The notes beneath the pieces are model-generated. The model was not told the DNA's origin and did no database searches. It saw only the letters and a list, made by a program, of their open reading frames with translations. Of a stretch of 64,000 bases of DNA, positions 1 to 11,111 are shown piece after piece. How positions within the stretch are numbered: position 1 is the first letter of the stretch; each line of letters begins with the position of its first letter. The position numbers and the translations under genes are program-made. The DNA is from Selaginella moellendorffii (taxonomy: Eukaryota > Plantae > Lycopodiophyta), in NCBI RefSeq assembly GCF_000143415.4, contig NW_003314399.1, positions 143,428-207,427 of the forward strand, written 5' to 3'.

Positions 1-42
1 AGTCGCGAGGAAGAACAAGAACAAATCGAGGACGGAGGGTTT

Positions 43-1392
43 GTGTCAATTGCGCTGACGGGTGGCGCGGAGCTCGCGGAATTCAAGGCGCGCTGGCGGC
101 TGCCGCTCTTCTCCGGCGATGGGCTTGGATCGACCCAGCTGGTGGAACTGAGGAGCAAGTCGGGGATTTGCGTGGATTCGGTGGAGCCATTCTCTTTCGC
201 CGCCGCGGATCCTAGGCGCGCTGCCGCTGCTCCAAGTGGAAACCGTGACGATGGCGCCGGCGTGAACAGCGCCACCAAGCTGCGATTGCTCGAGGGTCTC
301 TCGGGGGTCGCCTCGCCGATCGTCCTCAAGAGCAGGGGAGTGATCCAGGCCGAGAGGCGGCGCCGGATGATCAAGAGCAACCAGGAGCTCTTCCTCATGG
401 AGTCATCCAGGAAGACGAAGCAGAGGGCCGTGTCCATGGATGACACGAGCTTGAATCATCTCCACGAGCTCCACCACCACGCGAGGAAGAAGCTCACCAG
501 CGTCGATGATTCGGCCAAGAACACGAAGAAATCATCGCCAAGCCTATCGCCGGCGGCGCAACCACTGCCGCTACCACCGCCGCCAGGGAATCCAGCGAGA
601 AATCACCACCAGCACCACCGGCGGCACCTCAGTATCGATCTGCGCGCGTCGCCAGCCGCCAAGTTCGTCGTCCAGGTGATGCCATGGGAGATTTCTTCGC
701 CTTCTTCGTCTTCCTCGCTCTTGGATCGTCGCGAGCATCCGGATTCCAGCAGGAGATCGATGGGAAGCCACTGCTTCGTGCCATTCAAATGGGAGGAGGT
801 TCCAGGCAAGCCCAAGAACGTCAGCGCCGCGGCGAGCACTGGCAATGCTCTTCTTGATCCTGGCGGCCATGGCGCCGCGAGAAAATTGCAGCTCCCGCCG
901 CGGCTCCAGCACCAGGATCACGAGCAGGAGAAGCAGCGTTCTCTGCAGCGATGCTCGCCCACGAGCACGCTAGATCGCACCGCCGTGGAGGGCTCTTCCT
1001 CGGCATCCTCCCCAAGGATCGATGCGTCTTTCTCTTCCGCCACGAGCTCTTGTTCTACCTCTTTCGCCGGCGATGGTGATCAAGCCCCGCGATGGATCAG
1101 GGCGCTACTGGCGCTGCACATCTGGGAGACCGTCCGGGCGATCTCTAGGCCGAGGAGTTGCGAGGACGAGGGAGGAGATCTAGCGCCGGAGATTCGCCAA
1201 GCCAAGAAAAAGAACGCCCTCGCCAAGAAAGTGGCCGATTGCGCGGTGCCATACCCATCTTGGAGCCCGGCGCCGCTCCCGCGATCATCCTGGTTCCAGC
1301 GATCGCCGATCCGGAGCAAGAACAGCCGCGGCACGAATTGGGCGTTTGGAAAGATCGTAAGAAAGATTGATCTCTCGCCTCTAGGGTTCTAA
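43..1392 (+). CDS. DUF688-like Ser/Pro-rich plant protein; start uncertain (first in-frame ATG at 367, may extend outside the window)
   Basis: 449-codon ORF containing VPFKWEEVPGKPK and LQLPPRL motifs typical of plant DUF688 proteins. Confidence 0.6.
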   Translation: MSIALTGGAELAEFKARWRLPLFSGDGLGSTQLVELRSKSGICVDSVEPFSFAAADPRRAAAAPSGNRDDGAGVNSATKLRLLEGLSGVASPIVLKSRGVIQAERRRRMIKSNQELFLMESSRKTKQRAVSMDDTSLNHLHELHHHARKKLTSVDDSAKNTKKSSPSLSPAAQPLPLPPPPGNPARNHHQHHRRHLSIDLRASPAAKFVVQVMPWEISSPSSSSSLLDRREHPDSSRRSMGSHCFVPFKWEEVPGKPKNVSAAASTGNALLDPGGHGAARKLQLPPRLQHQDHEQEKQRSLQRCSPTSTLDRTAVEGSSSASSPRIDASFSSATSSCSTSFAGDGDQAPRWIRALLALHIWETVRAISRPRSCEDEGGDLAPEIRQAKKKNALAKKVADCAVPYPSWSPAPLPRSSWFQRSPIRSKNSRGTNWAFGKIVRKIDLSPLGF

Positions 1393-1667
1393 CGTGGTTT
1401 CTTGGATTTCCTTCCAGGCTTGGAGGAGCTGCAATATGGTCAAGAGAGCCGTGAGATTCCGGTGGTGGTCTTTGTCGCGATCATCCAGGGGTTTCCATAG
1501 CACCCGGAAGAACACGCGATCATCGGCAACGATCTACAAGCCTCTCTTGTGCCGAGTGGACGGCGATTCCAGCGCTTTTGGATGCTCCACTGCTAGAATC
1601 TAAGAAGAATATTACTTCTGTTTAGCATTCGGCCTTACATTGTGATTAGTTTAATTGTTGCGTAGTT

Positions 1668-1740
1668 GACCTCATGGCCCAATGGATAAGGCGCTGGTCT
1701 ACGGAACCAGAGATTCTGGGTTCGATCCCCAGTGAGGTCG
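1668..1740 (+). tRNA. tRNA-Arg(ACG)
   Basis: GACCTCA...TGAGGTC-G acceptor stem, D arm TGGCCCAATGGATAAGGCG, anticodon arm CTGGT-CTACGGA-ACCAG, T arm GGTTCGATCCC; 73 nt; T-tract just downstream. Confidence 0.97.
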
Positions 1741-1959
1741 TTTCACGTTTTCTTATCTAAAGTTGTGGCATAGGACAACCTTTACACCAAAATATAATTG
1801 CCATAAATATTTGCATGATTTTTAAATTTTGCAAAAATACCTTTTTCAAAAGCTAATTAAAAAGGGGTTCTGGTACGGATCATTCTCCGACCCTAAAATC
1901 AAGATTGTTCTTCCCAGATCTATCCAAAATTTCCAAGACGATGGCAACACCCAGCCCGC

Positions 1960-2375
1960 TGCGAGGAACTTCCCGTCCGTAGATGTCGGTCCACTAGTGA
2001 TGAGCTTTCTGTTATTGTGTCACAGGCATGGAATCCCGGCAATTAAAGGAACTCCCTGGTCACGCAGCAGTGTCCTCTCAAGTGAGGCCAATCGTTTCTC
2101 TACAACTTCACTGTGGATTCACATACGGGAACTCTCTTCTGGCACGCACACATCACGAGTTACTGCGTATGAAGCCATCGTCATCTATCATCTATCCAAA
2201 GAGGACAATGCATTCAAGAGCCCCTATGAAGAGCTTCTAAAGCTCATGGTGTAAGTGCCGTGCTGTGCTTCTCCATCCGGTTGAAAACCCCGTGGGTATC
2301 AAGAACTGTCATCGCAAGCTCCATGGTGAGGAGGCTGGAAAGAACACCATCACTGTCAATGGGAAGATCAACAAC
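1960..2375 (+). pseudogene. Laccase (multicopper oxidase) pseudogene fragment
   Basis: After an AG acceptor at 2024-2025 the pieces read HGI..., [29 protein letters not shown], AIVIY...PKEDNAFKSPYEEL and ITVNGK across several frames, with a TGA at 2083-2085. These match the laccase Cu-binding motifs HWHG and GTLFWHAH. Confidence 0.8.
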
Positions 2376-2520
2376 CTAGGCATCGCAATCACGCCTTAAG
2401 TTCTTAAACATCAGCAACGGCAATCAGGCTTTTACCCTAAAAGTGTTATCCTTTAGTACGGAGATTTTATCGTACATTTTAACTTTAGGGCTTATGGTGA
2501 CTTAGCCCTAATCGGCAGCA

Positions 2521-3370
2521 ATGATGAAGCGCGCGGCTATGGGGGCGATGAGCTTCACGCGCGCTGCTGGAGCACGGGGCGCTGGTAGATCCTTGCTTCG
2601 GTCGATTGCAGCATTGTGATTGTGCCGCGCAGGGGCTTGGAGCAGCCGATTCTCGCAGCTGTCGACGGCGGGGCGGGACACGGATGCGCAGGACGACGCC
2701 AAGGCGGCGGCGCTCAAGGCGCCCGCGCGAGACGACGCGGAATCCCACGACGATTTCAAGCCAGTGGTGAAGACCCCGAGTGGATCAGTGCACGATACCA
2801 TCGAGAAGGTAATCGAGTGATCGAGTGGAGGAAAGAAAGAAGGAAATAGACTCAACTGTTTGGATTGGATCGTTGGTCCATCCAGGACATCAAGGAGAAT
2901 CCCGTGATGGTTTACATGAAGGGCATTCCCGACGCTCCGCAGTGTGGATTCAGTGCGATGGTGGTCAGAATTCTCAAGCATTACGGTACGTGATCGAACA
3001 AAAGCACCGTAGCTTTCAATCATGCTCCTGGTTGTTTTGTTCCTTTGCATTGCAGAGGTGCCTTTCAGTTCTAGAAATGTGCTCGAAGATCCCGAGCTCA
3101 GGGATGGTGTGAAGTCTTTCAGGTGTGTGCTTTTGATTCTAGTCATGTTTTTTCGCCCTGCTTATAGTTTCTTTCCAGCAAATGGCCGACTGTTCCACAA
3201 CTTTATATTCGAGGAGAGTTCGTTGGTGGCTGTGACATAGTAACAGATATGCATCGGGTAAGCAGCATTCCATATTTCTCTTGGTTCTTCTCGTGATCGT
3301 TTCTCACTTTTGTTTCAAGTAGAATGGCCAGCTCAAGGAGAAACTCAAAGACGTGAAGCCAGATCTATGA
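2521..3370 (+). CDS. GRXS15: Monothiol (CGFS) glutaredoxin, mitochondrial GRXS15-like; 5 exons
   Basis: Spliced exons give [30 protein letters not shown]...[21 protein letters not shown]; N-terminus resembles a presequence. Confidence 0.93.
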
Positions 3371-3492
3371 GATACGAAACTGGAAAACTCGTGAACCTTA
3401 GAGCAAAACTTTTGCAGTTTGACAGAGAAAACAGTTCCAAAATGCTTGATCTTTAGAGTTATCACTGAATGAAAGAAGCTCGCTCAAGTTTT

Positions 3493-4208
3493 CTAGAACA
3501 CAAGCTCGTGAGGCTTCATTCCACGCTTCAAGCTAAACCTCGCCGAGATGTACTGGGCCAACTCGGGCTCACCCTGCTTGATCACGCCGACCACGACCTT
3601 GTCCACGGCCTCTTGTTCTTCCTTTCTCGCCTGGAAACACAAAAACAAACGTAAGTTACAAAGCGTCGGATGGATTTCCTGTGTACCTGTTTCATCTCAG
3701 GGGTCACCTCCTCCCCTTGCTTCAATTTCTTGAAGAAGCCATCGTCGTACTTGGCGACATCCAAGGAAGAGATGTCGATCTTGGTGGAAGTGGCAATCAC
3801 GTAGGCCTGGTTCACCCTCTTGAGCCGGACGCCGTTGAGAGCTCGCGGCCCTGCGAGAAAAATATCCATTGAAAACCCAAAGAGAAGAAACAAATAATGG
3901 AAAGATTTTAGAGTACCCGTGACGAGGAGGAGCCCAGATGTGAGCTGCTTGAGGAAGACGACGCGCTTCCCCTTGTATTTACCCGCGAGGAGGATGAGCA
4001 CCGTGCCGGGTGTGATGCTCGATCTGGAATTGCGAGCTCGGGATCAAATTCCCCAAAATCCCAAATCGAAAAGAGAGAAAATCTCTCGCGCTCACCTCAG
4101 CTTCGTGGGACGGAGCTTGCGTCTGAGAGTGCGGCGCACTGGCTCATCGTCGGCTGGGTAGTACTTGGACTTGGGCTTGGCCGCATCCTCCTTCGCCGCC
4201 TTCACCAT
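3493..4208 (-). CDS. RPL6: 60S ribosomal protein L6 (eL6), short form; 4 exons
   Basis: KYYPADD...[42 protein letters not shown]...[14 protein letters not shown]...GMKPHELVF*. Confidence 0.93.
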
Positions 4209-4224
4209 CCCTGCGCACACAAGA

Positions 4225-4277
4225 ACCCTAATGCCCAAGCCGTCCTAGCCGTTCGATCTACTAAACCCTAACCCTAA
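4225..4277. promoter_or_regulatory. Telo-box cluster upstream of RPL6
   Basis: AACCCTAA and AAACCCTAACCCTAA just 5' of the RPL6 ATG; telo-boxes are typical of plant ribosomal protein promoters. Similar boxes lie near 11075, 24320 and 38485. Confidence 0.6.
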
Positions 4278-4346
4278 TAGCTAGCCCCACAAGCCCTAAA
4301 ATTTAACACCCTTTGAGAGAAAAATCTAAAGTTTTATATAGTTCGC

Positions 4347-6365
4347 TTAGTGTTCTTCTACACTGGCTTTCTGGTATGGAGGGCGCTTCTTTCCATATAA
4401 GAAAAAGAAAGCCACGGCGGCCACGCTCAAGATCACAAATCTCACAAAAGCTTCCCAATGGAGCTGAAAAAGAACCAAGAGTTTAGCAATCATGAAAAGC
4501 ATTCTCTCTTTACCTGAGAAAACAATGCCATGTTGAAGAAAATGCTCACTAGAGGCACTGCAGGCACCCATGGGCATGGAAATCCCTGTGGAATCCTGTA
4601 CTCCTAGAAAAAATCAAGAACAAAACATCAGAAGGAACAAGAAGAGCGTTTTTTTACCTGTCTAGTGTAGAGAGGAACTGCGACCAGGGCAGCTAGAACG
4701 AGGCCTGCGATTGAAAATGCGAAGTGGACTTTGAATCGAACAAGTATCCCGACGATCAAGCCAAGCACCGCGACTCCGAGCAAACAAAACACCGCTTCAC
4801 GCCACCGCGGTTGTTCATCACGTTGGTTTCTTTGTTCCTCGTTTCTCAGGCGCAGCATTACAACACAGGCACAGACGGTAGCATATCCAACCTGCAAAGA
4901 AAGAGAAGATCAAGAAAGAAAATTGATAAGAATGAAGCTTTGTTTCGACTTCTCACCAAGCAGCCAACCGAGAGTATGTGTGAGAGGTGACTGACGTCCA
5001 AGACCAGTGCTAAAACTCCAGCCACTGTGGCCACCCAGAGCTGGCCATAGACGGGAGTGTGGTGTTTTGGATGGATCCTTGCAAAAATCGAAGGCAGTAG
5101 TCCGTCTCGGCCAAGTCCCAAGTAAAGTCTGGACTGCCTCGCAATAACAACGATGCCAGTGATAGAACGAAGAAGATGAAAAGGAAGAACTTGAGATTAC
5201 CTGGACGTAGAGGCCAACCAACAAAGTAGTAGTGAGGCCGAAAACGGCACCGATGTCAATCAGCACGCTGATGAATTTCAATCCTCTGCCGGAGAATGCA
5301 TTGGCAAGAGGAGCTTCCCCGTCGAGAAGATAATAAGGAACCATGCCGGTGACAACCAAAGAAACTGCAATGTATAGCACCGCACAAACCAGCAAGCTTG
5401 CAATAATACCGATAGGCAGATCCCGCTGGATGTAAGACGAGAGGAGGAGAAAACCATCAGAGTTTGTCACAAGAAAAAAAAGGTAGGAGTTTACCTTGGG
5501 ATTCTTGCTCTCCTCGGCAGAGTTTGCAACAGCATCAAACCCGACGTAAGCGAAGAAGACCACAGTTGCTCCGGTGACAATCCCGGAAAATCCAGTCGGA
5601 GCAAAAGGTGTCCAGTTTGATACATCGATTTGGAAAATTCCCACAGCAACCACCAGCAAAACAATGCACACCTGAAGGGAAGAAGAGCAACAAATATCAC
5701 AAAAATGAAAAGAACAGCACAAAGTTCTTCGGACCTTGTTGATCGTCATGACAGTGTTGAGAGTGGCAGACTCGCGGACGCCCATGCACAGCACAGCCGA
5801 GAGCATCGCTAAAAGAGCTGGAGCGAGAGCGTTGATCGAAAGCCATCCATTGAGCAGCTCCAATCCCCCGGGTCCGATCCACAGCGGCATGGTTTTCCTG
5901 AGCGCTGGGAACAAGTTTTGGAGCAAGGATGCGAGGTAGCTGGCGAGACTCCGGGCGATGTTGGCAGCACCGACGTGGTAGTCGAACATGAGATGGACGA
6001 ACACCAGAAACCCCACGAGCTCGTTGAAAGTCTCGCGGGAGTAGAGATAGGCTCCACCGACAAGCGCCGGGAATCGAGAGGAGAGCTCCGCATAGCACAG
6101 CGCGTTTAGAACGCACGCGGCTCCAGCGAGCGCAAAGCTCACCGCAACACCTGCAATTCATCGAAGAATTCCTCCCAAGAAACAAAGAGAGAGATTTACC
6201 AGGGCCGGCGTCGTGAGCAACCGTCCCAGTGATGACGAAGATGCCGGAGCCGATGGAAGCGCCAATGCCGAGGAGTATGAGATCGACCATGCCGAGCTTC
6301 CTGACGAGGCCGGCATCGCCACTGGAATCCAGCAAGCCCCCGCCCTCGTCGCCATGGCGCTCCAT
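4347..6365 (-). CDS. CAT9: Cationic amino acid transporter (APC family), CAT9-like; multi-exon
   Basis: LVRKLGMVDLILLGIGASIGSGIFVITG, CYAELSSRFP, FAYVGFDAVANSAEE, GLGRDGLLP, LHWEAFVRF. Confidence 0.9.
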
Positions 6366-6689
6366 TGGAAAATCCCCAAACCCTAATTGGGAGAGAATAT
6401 TCTATTTCAAAATTTTGCGGTCAAAATTAGGGCTCCTGAGATTTACACAACGCTGAGACTAAGAGATCTTCTCCTCTTGAGATGGAATTCGCTCTCTCTC
6501 CACAAGTACCGCTTCTTCTTTCGATCCTGGTAAAGAGAACTTTCAGATAAAAATTTATGTTGACAAATTTATTTTTCTGAAACAAACCTATATTAATTTT
6601 TCACACTTATGTTTTCATAATACTCAAAATGTGGCAGCAGATTAAAAACTTATCAAATTAAATATATATTAATATATTACAAAGTCCAA

Positions 6690-6835
6690 TATTTCATAGC
6701 AGAACGCATGCGCTGCTCCAGCGAGTGCAAAACTTATGGAATTCATAAAAACATTCCTGTTCTTCGTGGTAGCAATTGTCAAAAGAAACAGATGGGAGAG
6801 AATATTCGATTTCAAAATTTTGTTGTCAAGATTAG
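6690..6835 (-). pseudogene. Decayed partial duplicate of the CAT gene 5' region
   Basis: 6695-6733 resembles 6090-6140 (SFALAGAA..CY). 6794-6835 GGGAGAGAATATTCGATTTCAAAATTTTG...ATTAG matches 6389-6430. Confidence 0.7.
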
Positions 6836-8222
6836 ATTGTGTAGAGGACAATGCTGGACAAACCAGATAGGACGACGGGAAGGAGGTAAGCGATGGAGAT
6901 TTTGATGGAGCTGGATGATGGAGGTGGTGCCGTTTGCCCCGGAGAGTTTGATCCTGCTCCTGGTGTTGGAGGTGGAATTCCCTCTGCCCCGGGTAAAGAT
7001 GATGGCGCAAATGCTTCGGGAATTCCATCTCCCTCGGGGGCGTACGCGAAGGATGGCGGCGCTTGGACGTCTCCACAAGTACCGCTTGTTGCGTTTCTTT
7101 CGATCCTGGTTTCGATCAATCATCCAAAAGATGATCTCGGCAGGACAAATAAAAATGACACTCACCTTGTGAAGATTTGGCGATTGTTGTATCCATCGTA
7201 GAGACACGACTCGATCGTGCAGCCTCCGGAGGAATTCGCCCCGGTGCTAAAGTTGCCGATTTGGAGACGAGAGTTTCGGCAGCCAAGCGAGCAATTCCGC
7301 GGAGCCGTAGGAGCTCTCGTGCAGTGAAGCCTGGATCATGAAATCAAGCCTTGATACTCTAGAAAAGCTCTAAGATTTCCATACTCTGTTCCATCGCAAT
7401 TGCATTGGACGCAACCATTGGCAGTGATCGCATAGCCTCCAGACGCCACAGTCAGGTTGGAATCCAGAGCGCTTCGATTGAATCTAGCCCTGCAAGCTAC
7501 ACACATGCACACCACAAGATCATCAAGCTAGTCTTTGTAACGTACAAGACGTTACCTGGAACTGGAAGCTCGATCACAGCGCCCGCCTGTGACACATTCA
7601 CCGAAGGATTCAAGCGATCAAACTCTTCCTGCGAGAGATTGTAGCTCCGGTAGAAACCCTCGCGGGATTCCCCATCCTGGACCACGTACGCCATGAAGAG
7701 CGCATCGCGGCCGCCGAACGAATTCCCGCGGCAAGAGCAGGGGTACGGAATGGTGAGGTTTTGCCCGGCCAAGATCTTGTCCAGATCAACGATGCCGTTG
7801 GCGGCGGCGATCTCTTCTATGGTGACGAGTCCTCCGTACCTGTTGTTAGCGATCTGGAAGAGGAAGTCGCCCGGGGCGATGGTGTAGGTGGTGTTGCCCG
7901 ATCGCTGCCCATTGGCGGCGCAGGAGCAAGGGACTGGAATCCGGAGGGTCTCCCCAGTTGAGAGCCGGGCGGAGGGATCGTCCGAGGGCGAGAAGGCGTT
8001 GGCAGCGAGGATGGCCTGGACGGGGATGGAGAAGAGGCTGGAGATGTTGGCGATGGTGGGGGAGAGCGAGCTGGATCTGTAAGCGAGCAGCGCTTGGCAG
8101 GGGGGATCGACGGTGGCGCGGCAGCTCTCGTTGAAGGAGGCGGCGTGGAGCTGGAGAGGGGCGATCGATCCCAAGAGGAGAACGATTAGAATGGGAACGC
8201 CAATGCCGATAGTGGGCGCCAT
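6832..8222 (-). CDS. LysM-domain GPI-anchored protein (LYM/CEBiP-like); multi-exon
   Basis: Signal peptide, LysM repeats separated by CxC (IPVPCSC, YTIAPGD, IPYPCSC, YVVQDGES), Pro/Ser-rich stalk and hydrophobic C-terminal tail. Confidence 0.9.
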
Positions 8223-8471
8223 GGATCCTCGAAAGAAGAAAGAGGATGTGATGGAGAAATCTTTAGTGGCTACCGTTTATTTGCTGGATCGATCAATCAA
8301 GAGCGCCCATTGGGCACACGGTGGTTTCTTTGATGATGAGTCAACACGGCCACGCGCGCGAGAGTTTGACTCTAGAAGAAATGAAAAGTCTCAAAGCATC
8401 AGTTTTTTTAAAGATCGAATATGCCGCTTTTAAATTTGAATTTGAAATTTGGGCGCGAACATAGATCCAGT

Positions 8472-10829
8472 TCATACTTTGTGGTTTTGGAAGTCATCTA
8501 TATTCCGGACGGGCCCCTTGAACCACTTTCGCGCGTCTACAATCCACCACAGCGTGATCGCCGCGAGCAGCGCTCCCAGCGCGACGGGCGCGTAGTTAAA
8601 CGTCTTGAGCTCGATGGGGTAGACGGTCGGGAGGAGGAACACGGCGACGGTGTAGCAGATCCACAGGAACGAGACGAGGCACACGACTCTACTGGCGGGG
8701 CCGAGGTGGAATCGCCCGCGGTGGAACTGGGCCTCCGGTATCACCATCCGGGCGAAGATCGGGACCGCGTAGCCTCCCACCCAGCCGATGGTACACACGG
8801 ACGTGATGGCCGTGAAGACGACGTCGACTTTGAGAATTGGCAGGCCCAGCAGGATGCAAAGGGCCGAGCACAGCCAGACTGCGTTGGCCGGGACCTTTCG
8901 CGTGGGGTGGACCACTCGCCAGACTCGAGAGTATGGGATTCCACCATCGCGTGAAAGAGCATAGACCTGTAAACGCGGCGGCGACTTGGTCATTCCTCGG
9001 TGAAAGCGAAAGCAGTGAAGTAGGACTGACGAGAAAACTTACAACTCGAGCGGCGCTGGTGGTGATTGAGAGGCCCCCGAAGAAGAAGGAGCCCCAGATG
9101 ATGATCAGCAGCAGGATTGCTCCAATGCTGCTGTGGTAGCGCCCGTGGAACGCGTCGTAGAGTATCTGTGCTGGGACGTATTTTCCAGCGGTCTCGTTGC
9201 TAGGATCGAATAAGTACGTAAAATCCTGTCATCAACAGCAACAGAAGAAAAGAAGAATGAGTCCGCTACAGAAAAGAAAGTGGAAAGTGCTGCCTTACCT
9301 GGATGCTAAAAGTCAAGGCGAGTATGTATGCCCACCCAAAAACGGAGACTAGTCCTATGGACGAAAGAATCGCAATGGGGCCGTTGATGTCCGCACCTTT
9401 TGTTTCTTCCGTCAAGTGTGCAGCTGAGTCGTAGCCGTAGAGGGAATACTGGCTGACCAACAAAGAGAGGATGAAGCCGTATGCCCTGTTATCGATGCCG
9501 GTAATGCTTGGAAACGTCTCAAGCTTCGTAAACACAAACGATGCTGACTGAGTTTTCGGGGCGACCAGAGGCAGAAGAATCACTATAAGTCCGCCACCAA
9601 TAACCTGTGTCCAGAAAAATGCAAGGAGTGAGCAAGAGGGACAAAGCTCAAGCACCAAAAGATCGCGAACCTGCCACCACATTGAGACAATGTCGATGAG
9701 CGCAATCACGTTCAGAGCAAATGTGTTCAAGACGGCCCAGACGAGAGTGAAACCAACGTACATGGCTAGAAAAACACCACGAGGAGCAAGGTATCCTCCG
9801 CCCTTCGCAGTTCCAGACGCAAGCAGTATTATATTTTGTAAGGCTTGAGCTCCTGCGTAAGCCTGATGATATTAAGAAGAATATCTAAGCGGCCAGTTGA
9901 AAGTTTCATGCTAAAGCTCCAAAACTTGCCTGAGTTCCAATGGCTGCGATGAGTCCAATCGCTTCAAGCCAAGCACAGTACCACGAAGACAATGGACCCC
10001 ATCTTGGCCCAGCCAAGTGAGCTGCCCAGAAATACAGCGACCCCGTTGTCTGCGAAAGAAGCCACGCAATGAGTAAAGCCAAACGAGAATATTTTTCTTC
10101 TACTCACAGGGAACGAGGAGCAAATTTCCGCCATAGCGAAACCAATGAACCACGTAAAGAAGGTTACGATGACCCATCCCCAGACTGTTGCGGCCGGTCC
10201 AAAGTACGCATAGCTAGGACCAATTAGCGGCGTAATTCCTGTGAAGAGCGTCATTGTGGAGAATGAGATTGCCATGATTTTCAGCAACGTCTGCACGAAA
10301 GTCAAGCCACAGTGAATAAAGAAACGCCAGCACCGACTGCCACACTCGAATTAGATCGGGCGAGTCGCTCGCCCAATATCATTGACGAAGAACACTGCTC
10401 CAGTCAATCGAAAGAAAAAAAAGGACAGGAAGGAAAAACAGGCAATCATCGAATCCCATCCCGGCATTGCTTGGAACCGGCAAAATGCCGACTTGATCAA
10501 GAATCACGGACAAAGACGACAGCATACCGATCGAAATCCTCTCAAGATCATGAATCACGGACAAAGCGGCAGCATACAATCCTCTCAAGATCACGAATCA
10601 CGACACTAAGGACGTCGCAAGGCCTAGAATGTGAGGAATGCGAAATATTTACCATCTCGCGGCGGAGCTCCTGCTTGTATCCCAGCTGATTGAGGCGGCG
10701 CTCGGCGGGATCGAGGCTAGCATCCTCAATCAGAAGCTCCTGCTCCATGGCGCTCTTTGGCGCCGGTGCCCTGGCGCCTTCGCTTAAAGCGATTTTCCCT
10801 AATTCTTGCTCCTGTGCTTGGGCTACCAT
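8472..10829 (-). CDS. BAT1: Amino-acid/GABA permease, BAT1-like; multi-exon (alternative start 10748)
   Basis: RLNQLGYKQELRRE, AMAEICSSFP, SQYSLYGYDSAAHLTEETK, YALSRDGGIP, WWIVDARKWFKGPVRNID. Confidence 0.92.
10496..10604. repeat. Imperfect ~45-50 bp tandem repeat (about 2.5 copies) in BAT1 intron 1
   Basis: GATCAnGAATCACG(GACAAAG)...CAGCATAC...AATCCTCTCAA recurs. Confidence 0.75.
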
Positions 10830-11111
10830 ATTGTTCCGATTTTAATGACAGAATGCTAACGTTAGAGACGTGAGAGCCCTATAGCTCTTGGCGGCCACAA
10901 AATGGAGCAAGCATCCCCCCATTTATATTTCCACGAAGCATAGACTTTTGGAAGCCCCTGCCTATAGAATACAACACTCTTATCAAATATCAACCTGCCA
11001 CGTGGATGCAGACTTGTCAATGGGCTCTTTTAGGGTTTTCAATTATTGTCGGAATGACTTGTCAATGTAGCTTGGTTAGGGTTTAGGGGTTTGCGGCGAG
11101 AGCCTGGCGGA

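Noticed and set aside
1829-2254. 141-aa ORF as a real protein
   Set aside because: Starts at TTG and is a chance read-through of the frameshifted laccase relic
2508-3146. 212-aa minus-strand ORF
   Set aside because: Antisense shadow of GRXS15 with no recognisable motif
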